From Arthrobacter sp. ISL-65 (GTDB lineage Bacteria > Actinomycetota > Actinomycetes > Actinomycetales > Micrococcaceae): a DNA stretch of 32,000 nucleotides. Numbering within the stretch: position 1 is the first letter of the stretch; each line of letters starts with the position of its first letter. The stretch lies in contig NZ_JAGGPN010000042.1 of the NCBI RefSeq assembly GCF_018613795.1, positions 1-32,000 on the forward strand, in the 5' to 3' direction. Under the pieces are notes generated by a model that saw nothing but the letters and a program-made list of their open reading frames with translations, was not told the origin of the DNA and did not search any database. Shown here in pieces: positions 17,770 through 24,679 of this stretch. The translations under genes were made by a program, and so were the position numbers.

Positions 17770-18099
17770 CTATGCCACCTCCACGGACATCAGCATGAGT
17801 TCGCGGCCGCTGAGGACTTCGACGTCCGCGCTTCCGCAAGGGCACAGCAGGATGAGATCGCTCAGGGTGAATTCGTCCTGGCAGCTGCGGCACCGTCCGC
17901 GGCCCCGCGGTTCGTCGATCTGCAGCCGCGCGCCGGCCAGCGGAGTGCCGGCCGCTGCCACGTCAAAACAAAAACGCACGGCATCAACCAGTACGCCGGA
18001 AAGGGGACCGATCTTCAGGTTGACCGCCGTGACCGTCCGTTCACCTGTGCGGTCCAGAACGGCATCAACAAGGCCCTGCGTGATAGAGAGTTCGTGCAT
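17770..18099 (-). CDS. hypA: hydrogenase nickel insertion protein HypA
   Basis: ORF trimmed to MHELSITQGL... at the ATG at 18099, which follows GGAAGGAG. Zinc-site cysteines are CRSC...CPCG. It ends 3 nt before hypB. Confidence 0.9.
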   Translation of the reverse strand: MHELSITQGLVDAVLDRTGERTVTAVNLKIGPLSGVLVDAVRFCFDVAAAGTPLAGARLQIDEPRGRGRCRSCQDEFTLSDLILLCPCGSADVEVLSGRELMLMSVEVA

Positions 18100-18118
18100 A
18101 GCGGCACTCCTTCCTGCC

Positions 18119-18147
18119 AAGATAGGCTCGCTCCCGTAAAAACGCAA
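18119..18147 (-). promoter_or_regulatory. candidate sigma-70-type promoter of the hypA-led hydrogenase operon
   Basis: On the minus strand: TTGCGT (18147-18142), 17 nt spacer, TATCTT (18124-19), about 20 nt upstream of the hypA ATG. This is pattern match only. Confidence 0.25.
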
Positions 18148-18175
18148 CCATCCAATCCGGGGCCCGCAGTTCCGG

Positions 18176-18240
18176 AGCGCGAACGGGCAGTTAATGCCCT
18201 GCGGGGGCCGGGCTTTGGGGCGCTAAGTGTCCGTTCGCGC
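18176..18240. promoter_or_regulatory. 11-bp perfect inverted repeat AGCGCGAACGG / CCGTTCGCGCT, 43 bp apart, enclosing the small hairpin GGGCAgttaaTGCCC; candidate operator in the hypA / 18274 divergent region
   Basis: Read directly from the sequence: arms at 18176-18186 and 18230-18240. Confidence 0.3.
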
Positions 18241-18273
18241 TGAGTCCTTTGCGCCCGGCGCTAGGGTGGGAGG

Positions 18274-18579
18274 ATGCCGTCCTTCCAGACCAGACTCAAG
18301 ATCACCGGGCTGAAGCCGGGCAACCGTCCCGAGACCGTGATGGACACCGCTGTCGAGTCGCTCAGGTTGCGGCACCATGTGGAGTCGCACCAGCTGGAAC
18401 TGGCCGGCGGCGTGCCGCAACTGAACCTGCGGTTCCTCGTGGACCCCACCGAATACAACGGTGAGAACAGCGCGGCACGGGCGTCGGCAGCCGTGATGCG
18501 CGACGCCGTCGAACGCGTTGCGCTGACAGGCTCGCTTTTGGTGCTCCGCCGCAGCCGCGGCCGCTGGGCGCCCGTTTAA
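18274..18579 (+). CDS. hypothetical protein (101 aa)
   Basis: Third positions are GC-rich and the composition is balanced (K, F, Y, N and E present). GGGAGG abuts the ATG with zero spacing, so the start is uncertain (alternative ATG at 18340). No motif recognised. Confidence 0.45.
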   Translation: MPSFQTRLKITGLKPGNRPETVMDTAVESLRLRHHVESHQLELAGGVPQLNLRFLVDPTEYNGENSAARASAAVMRDAVERVALTGSLLVLRRSRGRWAPV

Positions 18580-18582
18580 GGC

Positions 18583-19245
18583 TTAGGCGCCCGGACCTTT
18601 AGGCGCCGGACCGGGGGCACCGCCGGGTTCGTCCACAGGCGAGCGGTCGCCGCGCCGGCGCGTCACGATCAAGCCCACGACGGCGCCGATCACCAGGCCC
18701 ACGGCCACGCCGATCAGCGAACTCGCCCAGAAGGGCAGCCCCGTGGCGGAGCCCGTGAAGTAGCCGAGGCCCACGAGCCACGTCGCCCACAGCATCCCTC
18801 CCAGCCCGGCGCACAGGCTGAAGCCCGGGGTGGAAACGTCGGCGATGCCGGCGGCCGCGGACGTCGCGAGCCGGCCACCCGGGATGAACCGGGCCCCGAT
18901 GATGGTGCCGTAGGTGGAGGACCGGCCGGCCTTGGCGATTGCGGCGTGGATGCCGCGGTGGATTTTCTGGCCCCATGTCCAGCGGTCCAGGATGTGGCTC
19001 AGCCGGCGCTTGAACAGCTGGAACACCACCACGTCGCCCAGCCACGACGCGGAGGCGGACAGGAGGCCCACCAGGAACAGGTTTGCCCGGCCCTCGGCGG
19101 ACAGGGCTCCGCCCGTGATCAGGACCATCTCGGATGGGATCGGCGGAAAAATGGCATCACCGAGGACAGCCGGAATGATCCAGAAGTAGATCGCCGTGCT
19201 CCACGTGTCCGGATCGCCGAAGTCCATTTGCACAACGTACCGCAC
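18583..19245 (-). CDS. DedA/VTT-family membrane protein
   Basis: The DedA-type segment is GDAIFPPIPSEMVLITGGAL. It has several TM helices and a Gly/Pro-rich C-terminal tail. An alternative start is the ATG at 19227 (MDFGDPD...). Confidence 0.8.
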   Translation of the reverse strand: MRYVVQMDFGDPDTWSTAIYFWIIPAVLGDAIFPPIPSEMVLITGGALSAEGRANLFLVGLLSASASWLGDVVVFQLFKRRLSHILDRWTWGQKIHRGIHAAIAKAGRSSTYGTIIGARFIPGGRLATSAAAGIADVSTPGFSLCAGLGGMLWATWLVGLGYFTGSATGLPFWASSLIGVAVGLVIGAVVGLIVTRRRGDRSPVDEPGGAPGPAPKGPGA

Positions 19246-19281
19246 ACGGAACGGGAACGCGCCGGGTGGACAGCCACTGCA

Positions 19282-19342
19282 GAACTCCGGCGCCCGGCGG
19301 AACTCCGGCGCCCGGCGGAACTCCGGCGCCCGGCGGAACTCC
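19282..19342. repeat. perfect 18-bp tandem repeat GAACTCCGGCGCCCGGCG x 3.4 in the dedA / macro-domain divergent intergenic region
   Basis: Units at 19282-19299, 19300-19317 and 19318-19335, plus the partial GAACTCC at 19336-19342. All are identical. Confidence 0.95.
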
Positions 19343-19396
19343 TACGCGTGGCGGACCCGCTACGCCCTGGCCGGTTCACAATGCCACACTGGCTGC

Positions 19397-19924
19397 ATGC
19401 GGATAGAGATAGTTGAGGGTGACATCACCGGACGCCCGGTGGACGCGGTGGTAAATGCCGCCAACTCTTCGCTGCTGGGCGGCGGCGGCGTGGACGGGGC
19501 GATCCACCGGGCGGCCGGGCCGGAACTGCTGGCGGCCTGCCGCGAGCTGCGGGCAACGACGCTCGAAGACGGGCTGCCGGTGGGCGCTGCCGTGGCCACC
19601 CCCGGATTCGGGCTGCCGGCGCGCTGGGTCATCCACACCGTCGGGCCCAATCGCCACGCCGGGCAGACCAATCCGGCGCTGCTCGCGTCCTGTTTTACCG
19701 AGAGCCTGCGGGTTGCCGAGGGCCTGGGTGTCCGGTCGCTGGCCTTTCCCGCGGTAGGCGCGGGGGTCTACGGCTGGGACGCCCGCCAGGTGGCGCAGGT
19801 AGCGTTTGACGCCGTCCGATCGTATGCCGCGCGCTCTGCCGAAGGCGTCGAGCTGGTGGAGTTCGTGCTCTTTGGCCCGGAAACCGTGGCGGTCTTCCGG
19901 GATGTCCTTGAAGGTGCTGCCTAG
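19397..19924 (+). CDS. macro-domain protein (O-acetyl-ADP-ribose deacetylase / ADP-ribose-binding, YmdB-like)
   Basis: ORF 19196..19924 trimmed to MRIEIVEGDITGRPVDAVVNAANSSLLGGGGVDGAIHRAAG, the canonical macro-domain N-terminus and diphosphate-binding loop. Confidence 0.9.
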   Translation: MRIEIVEGDITGRPVDAVVNAANSSLLGGGGVDGAIHRAAGPELLAACRELRATTLEDGLPVGAAVATPGFGLPARWVIHTVGPNRHAGQTNPALLASCFTESLRVAEGLGVRSLAFPAVGAGVYGWDARQVAQVAFDAVRSYAARSAEGVELVEFVLFGPETVAVFRDVLEGAA

Positions 19925-19940
19925 CGGATTTTCTACGTGG

Positions 19941-20897
19941 CTAACGGACTTCGCTTAGTTGGAGGCGGCTGCGGTACTCGACGGGTTCCTTCGTGACAGG
20001 GTCCACGAACCGGATGCCGCGTGCCAGCAGCTGGAGCGGCTTGGTGTAGTCGTCGGGGGCCTTGTCCAGCAGTTCGGGGTAGAACGAATCGTGCAGGATG
20101 CCCAGCCCCAGAGAAGCCATGTGAACGCGGAGCTGGTGTGTTTTCCCGGAGTGCGGCTCGAGCCGGTAGAGGCCAAGGCGTCCTGCTCCGGCAGCTGCAT
20201 GGCCACCGGCGTCGGCACCGTCGAACGTCCGCAGCAGGTCGATCCGCGTCTCCGCATTCGGCTCACCGTCGATGACCTCCGCCAGAAGGTAGCTGCGGGA
20301 TTTGGTCATCCGGTTGCGGACCACCACCGGGAAGTCGACGGCGGGGTGTCCCGCAGCCGGTCGGGCAGCGGACACGCACTCGTATTCCTTCTGGACCTGG
20401 CGCTTCTCGAAGAGAACCTGGTACTTACCCCGTGTCTCGGGGTTGGTGGAGAGCAGCAGGATCCCCGCGGTCATGCGGTCCAGACGGTGCATCGGAATCA
20501 GGTCAGGCAGGTCCAGCTGGTTCCGGAGCCGGACCAGCGCCGATTCCTGGATGTACGTCCCGCCAGGGGTGGTGGGCAGGAAGTGCGGCTTGTCCACCAC
20601 CAGGATGTGCTCGTCCTGGTGCAGGATGTTCAGCTCCACCGGCAGCCGGGTTTCCGGCGGGAGCGTTCGGTAGTACCAGATGAAGGTGTGGTCCTCCAGC
20701 CTGGTGCCGCGGTGCAGGGGGATGCCGCCCTCCCCCACGATCTCGCCGGCGTCGAACCGGTCCTCGATGCCCTGGGGGTCGATGTGGCCCCAGCGGTGCA
20801 TCATGTAGTCCATTGCGGTGTCCCAGGGGCCCCCGTCCGGGAGGCGCAGCCGGGTCGCATTCACGCCGTCGCGCACGGGAAGAGGGGATTGCATCAC
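19941..20897 (-). CDS. RluA-family pseudouridine synthase
   Basis: Catalytic-Asp motif HRLDRMTAGILLLS, plus the downstream HQLRVH motif. Confidence 0.85.
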   Translation of the reverse strand: MMQSPLPVRDGVNATRLRLPDGGPWDTAMDYMMHRWGHIDPQGIEDRFDAGEIVGEGGIPLHRGTRLEDHTFIWYYRTLPPETRLPVELNILHQDEHILVVDKPHFLPTTPGGTYIQESALVRLRNQLDLPDLIPMHRLDRMTAGILLLSTNPETRGKYQVLFEKRQVQKEYECVSAARPAAGHPAVDFPVVVRNRMTKSRSYLLAEVIDGEPNAETRIDLLRTFDGADAGGHAAAGAGRLGLYRLEPHSGKTHQLRVHMASLGLGILHDSFYPELLDKAPDDYTKPLQLLARGIRFVDPVTKEPVEYRSRLQLSEVR

Positions 20898-20950
20898 CGG
20901 TTCATTCTACTTTGCGCCCGCTTACTGCCCGCCGCTCCTCCCTATCTCCA

Positions 20951-21012
20951 TTTCGACGGTTCCCCGCCCACTCGACGGCCCGCCACGTCGAAGGCGCAGG
21001 GAACCGTCGAAA
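20951..21012. promoter_or_regulatory. nested inverted repeats: 14-bp perfect arms TTTCGACGGTTCCC / GGGAACCGTCGAAA plus inner CTCGACGG / CGTCGAAG; candidate ArsR-type operator
   Basis: Outer arms are at 20951-20964 and 20999-21012. Inner half-sites are at 20971-20978 and 20986-20993. The outer arm ends 32 bp upstream of the ArsR-like ATG at 21044. Confidence 0.4.
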
Positions 21013-21043
21013 CGGCAACGGACGAGAAAAAAATTCTTGAAGC

Positions 21044-21673
21044 ATGTTGGACATCGAAGGGATCGAGGACCCGGCGGCGGCGGAGGCTTCGCTGGATCCC
21101 ATCCGGACCCGCATCCTCCGGGAGGTGGCGGAGCCGGGCTCGGCCACGCAGCTCGCCGCGAAGGTGGGGCTGCCGCGGCAGAAGGTGAACTACCACCTCA
21201 AGGCGCTGGAGCGGCACGGCCTCGTCGAACTGGTGGAGGAGCGCCGCAAGGGCAACGTCACCGAACGCGTGCTGCGGGCCACAGCCGCCTCCTACCTCAT
21301 CTCCCCGGTGGCGCTGCAGTCGGTGGCGCCGGATCCGCACCGTTTCGCGGACCGTTTCTCGGCCTTCTGGCTGCTGGCGCTCGCCGGCCGCATGGTCTAG
21401 GAAGTGGGGAAGCTCATCGCCGGTGCCGCTGCCGCGCGGCAGAAACTCGCAACGTTCGCCATAGACGGCGAGATCACCTTCCGGACCGCCGCAGACCGGG
21501 CCGCGTTCACCGAAGACCTGGGCGTGGCGGTCACCCGGCTCGTGGACCAGTACCACCACAGCGGTGCCGGCGGACGGAAGCACCGGCTCGTCGTCGCGCT
21601 TCATCCGGCACTTAAGCCGGAAACAAACGGCACAACCAAGACCATCCCAGCCAAGGAGCAGAACAATGACTGA
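21044..21673 (+). pseudogene. ArsR-family winged-helix regulator interrupted by one in-frame TAG (21398-21400)
   Basis: ORFs 21044..21400 and 21404..21673 are in the same frame, separated only by TAG-GAA. The first half holds the HTH (SATQLAAKVGLPRQKVNYHLKALERHGLVELVEERRKGN). The second half keeps good coding character and is translationally overlapped by the SRPBCC gene. Confidence 0.6.
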
Positions 21674-22358
21674 CGACCGGAAATTCGAGATTGTTTTTGA
21701 CACCGAGCTGCCAGGCACCCCGGAACGCGTCTGGGAGGCCGTAACCAAAGGGACTCCGGGCTGGATGTTTCCTACGGACCAGTGGCCGGACGTGAAGACC
21801 GTGGAGGAGTATCCGCACCACCTGGTCTCGCGAATGGACAGCCCGGATGGCTGGTTCAACCAGCTGGAGCACGTACTGGAGCCGCTCGACGGCGGGCGGG
21901 CCCGGCTCCACTATGTCCACAGCGGCATCTTCGCGGACAACTGGGACCAGCAGTACGACGGCGCCAGCAAGCACACGGAGTTCTACCTCCACTCGCTGGG
22001 CCAGTACCTGAAGCACTTCGATGGCCAGCCCGTGGTTTTCACGGATATCCAGGGACCTGCCGCTTCGCAGACGCCGGACGGCTTTGTGCAGCTCAAGAAG
22101 GCGTTCGGCATGGACACTGCGGCGCAGGGGGACACTTTTGAGGTGGAGGTCGACGGCGTCGGGCGGCTTTCGGGACAGGTGGACTTCTCCAACGAGAACT
22201 TCCTGGGCCTGCGGACCGGAGACACCCTGTACCGCTTCTTTGGCCGCAACGCGTTCGGCGCGCCCGTGGGCATGACGGTCCACGACTTCAGCGGCAGCGG
22301 GGATTCCGGGGCGACTGCCAGCGCCTGGGGCGTGTTCCTCGAAAAGGTCTACGCCTAG
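21666..22358 (+). CDS. SRPBCC-superfamily protein (Aha1/AHSA1-like)
   Basis: ORF trimmed to MTDDRKFEIVFDTELPGTPERVWEAVT..., which follows AAGGAG. The ATG overlaps the upstream ORF end by 8 nt. I recall ArsR plus SRPBCC as a common gene pair. Confidence 0.8.
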   Translation: MTDDRKFEIVFDTELPGTPERVWEAVTKGTPGWMFPTDQWPDVKTVEEYPHHLVSRMDSPDGWFNQLEHVLEPLDGGRARLHYVHSGIFADNWDQQYDGASKHTEFYLHSLGQYLKHFDGQPVVFTDIQGPAASQTPDGFVQLKKAFGMDTAAQGDTFEVEVDGVGRLSGQVDFSNENFLGLRTGDTLYRFFGRNAFGAPVGMTVHDFSGSGDSGATASAWGVFLEKVYA

Positions 22359-22387
22359 CCTGTCCGCGACGCACGCCGAGCCGGAAC

Positions 22388-23869
22388 TCAGGCGATGGCG
22401 GCGGCGGGGGAGTCCCTGAGTGAACGCCTCAGCTGCGGGGCGGCGTCCAGCCTGTCCTGGGCAGCACGCAGCGCGAGGACTGCCGTCTCCAGCTGCTCCT
22501 GCGGCAGCGTGAACGGAATGCGAAGGAAGTTCTCGAACACCCCGCCCACGCCGAAGCGCGGACCGGCAGCGAGGCGGATGCCGAGTTCCGGGGCAATGAC
22601 GGTCAGAGCTGTGCTGCTGGGCGACGGCAGCCGGCACCAGACGGCCAGACCGCCGTCGGGCCTCTCCGCCTCCCACCGCGGCAGGTGGACCTTGAGGAGC
22701 TCCAGCAGCGCGGAGCGGTTCTCCCGGAGCGCGGACAGGCGGGCCGGCAGGGGATCGGCCAGGTTGCGCACCAGATGGACCGCCGCAAGCTGCTCCACGA
22801 CCGGGCCGCCCAGATCCATCGTGGTCCGGACGGCCGCGAACCGCTGAATCAGGCTCTCTGACGCGCGGATCCAGCCCGTGCGCATGCCCGCCCAATGGGA
22901 CTTGCTCAGCGATCCTATGGACACCACGGACGAACTGAAGGACGCCAGCGGAGCCGTTGTACCGCCGTCGAGATTCAGCGCTCGGAGCGTCTCATCCACC
23001 ACAAGAACGGTGCCTGACGCAGCGGCGGCGCGGACCAGCCGGCGGCGCTCTGAGTCAGGCATCAGCCGGCCGGTGGGGTTGTGGAAATCCGGGACGGTGT
23101 AGGCCACGCGGGGGCGCTGCTGCATCAGGGCAGACTCGACCGAGTCCAGGTCCCAGCCCCGCTCCGGCGTAGGCGGAAGGGGCACCGGCACGATGCGGCA
23201 GCCCGTGGCACGGATGGCGTCGAGCGCGTTCGGGTAGGTCGGGTGCTCCACGAGGACCTTGTCCTGCTTGCCGACCAGCGCCCGCAGCACGATGTTAAGC
23301 GCATGCTGCGCGCCGGACGTCACCAGAATCTGCCCTGCCGTGGTGGGCACGCCGGCGTCGGCATAGTGGCCGGCAATCGCCTCCCGAAGCGCCGGCACGC
23401 CCAGGGCATCGTAGCCGAAGCCGGGCAGCAGGGCAGGCAGTTCCGTGAGGGCGGCGGCGAAGGCCTGGTGGACCGCTTCGCCGCTGGCCGGGAGCGATGC
23501 GTACGCGAGGTCGATGACGCCGTCGGGAACAGCCAGGCCCGGCGCCCCCGACAGGCCTGCGCGGGAGTCCCGCTGCTGCCCTGCCGTGTAGGCCGTCCGC
23601 GGCAGGCACGTGCGGCCTCGCGTGCCCTGGCCGCTGCTTAGGAACCCCTGTTCGCGCAGGCTCGCGTACGCCGCCGTCACCGTGGTGCGGCTGACGGAGA
23701 GTGTGCCGGACAGTGTCCGTTCGCTGGGCAGCGCGGTGCCCAGCGGGATGCGGCCGTCCAGGACCAAAAGACGCACGACGTCGGCCAGTTCCCGGTACGC
23801 GGGTGCGTTGCCTCGGTGCCACTGGCCCAGGAGACGGGCGAGGGCGGTGGGTGTGAGTGATCCGGACAT
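22388..23869 (-). CDS. MocR-family regulator (GntR-type wHTH fused to a PLP-dependent aminotransferase-like domain)
   Basis: N-terminal HTH is LPSERTLSGTLSVSRTTVTAAYASLREQGFL. The fold-type I aminotransferase region carries SLSKSHWAGMRTGW, the putative PLP lysine. Confidence 0.9.
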   Translation of the reverse strand: MSGSLTPTALARLLGQWHRGNAPAYRELADVVRLLVLDGRIPLGTALPSERTLSGTLSVSRTTVTAAYASLREQGFLSSGQGTRGRTCLPRTAYTAGQQRDSRAGLSGAPGLAVPDGVIDLAYASLPASGEAVHQAFAAALTELPALLPGFGYDALGVPALREAIAGHYADAGVPTTAGQILVTSGAQHALNIVLRALVGKQDKVLVEHPTYPNALDAIRATGCRIVPVPLPPTPERGWDLDSVESALMQQRPRVAYTVPDFHNPTGRLMPDSERRRLVRAAAASGTVLVVDETLRALNLDGGTTAPLASFSSSVVSIGSLSKSHWAGMRTGWIRASESLIQRFAAVRTTMDLGGPVVEQLAAVHLVRNLADPLPARLSALRENRSALLELLKVHLPRWEAERPDGGLAVWCRLPSPSSTALTVIAPELGIRLAAGPRFGVGGVFENFLRIPFTLPQEQLETAVLALRAAQDRLDAAPQLRRSLRDSPAAAIA

Positions 23870-23871
23870 GA

Positions 23872-23910
23872 GGCCAGTATTTCAAACTGGCCATGGAAAA
23901 CAAGGCCAGT
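23872..23910. promoter_or_regulatory. GGCCAGT heptamer set: palindrome GGCCAGT-n7-ACTGGCC plus a third direct copy; candidate MocR operator
   Basis: GGCCAGT at 23872-23878, ACTGGCC at 23886-23892, GGCCAGT at 23904-23910. A further ACTGGCC lies at 23821-23827 inside the mocR 5' end. Confidence 0.45.
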
Positions 23911-23911
23911 T

Positions 23912-24633
23912 GTGCCTCAGGATGGTTCAATGATGATCCGCAGACTTGTACAGCTCTTCACCGGCCTCGCCATGTACGGCATTTCGCTGGCCCTGTTTAT
24001 CCGGGCCGGGCTTGGGCTGGACCCCTGGGACGTGTTCCATCAGGGCGTTGCCGGCAAGACGGGCCTGAGCATCGGCGTGGTGGTCATCATCGTCAGCTTC
24101 CTGGTGCTCCTGCTGTGGATCCCGCTGCGGCAGCGGCCGGGCTTCGGCACGCTCTGCAATGCCGTCCTGGTGGGGGTCTTTGCCGACGTCGGGCTCGCCC
24201 TGATCCCCGCATTCTCCCACCTGGGCGGCCAGATCGCGCTGTTGGGCGGTGCGGTGGTGCTCAACGGCATCGCCTCCGCGTGCTACATCGGCGCCCGCTT
24301 CGGCCCCGGTGCCCGGGACGGGCTCATGACGGGCCTGGCTAAACGTACAGGCTGGTCCGTGCGCCTGTCGCGGACCCTGATCGAGGTGGTGGTGCTCGGC
24401 GTAGGCTGGCTTCTCGGCGGCTCGGCGGCTCGGTCGGCGTGGGGACAGTGGTTTATGCCCTGGCGATCGGCCCGCTGGTCCAGTTCCTGCTGCCGTATTT
24501 CATGGTTCCGGCCCGGGACCCGGCAGGGATTCCGGCCGCCGGTGGAGCCGCTGGCAAGACTGCCGCTTCACCTATCGATTCAAAGTCCGACAACCGTGAG
24601 GACCAATCAGAGGTGCCGTTGGCCGCGTCCTGA
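23912..24633 (+). pseudogene. YczE/YitT-like membrane protein gene, frameshifted by an 8-bp tandem duplication
   Basis: The first frame reads GLGLDPWDVFHQG...GPGARDGLMTGLAKRTGWSV...LIEVVVLGVGWLLGG and then degenerates. The frame of ORF 24439..24633 continues GTVVYALAIGPLVQFLLPYF. Removing one CTCGGCGG copy joins them as GWLLGGSVGVGTVVYAL, which matches my recollection of B. subtilis YczE. The start is 23912, 23930 or 23933. Confidence 0.7.
24413..24428. repeat. 8-bp tandem duplication CTCGGCGG CTCGGCGG (followed by partial CTCGG)
   Basis: Read directly: 24413-24420 and 24421-24428 are identical. Confidence 0.9.
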
Positions 24634-24679
24634 CCTCTGCTTACCTGCGCCCGCTTTCCTGAGCCGTTTCCTGTGGCCG

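Noticed and set aside
18585-18620. Direct repeat TTAGGCGCC(C)GGACC x 2 at the 3' end of the dedA-family gene.
   Set aside because: It simply encodes the duplicated GPGA/PKGPGA tail of the protein. It is too short to interpret further.
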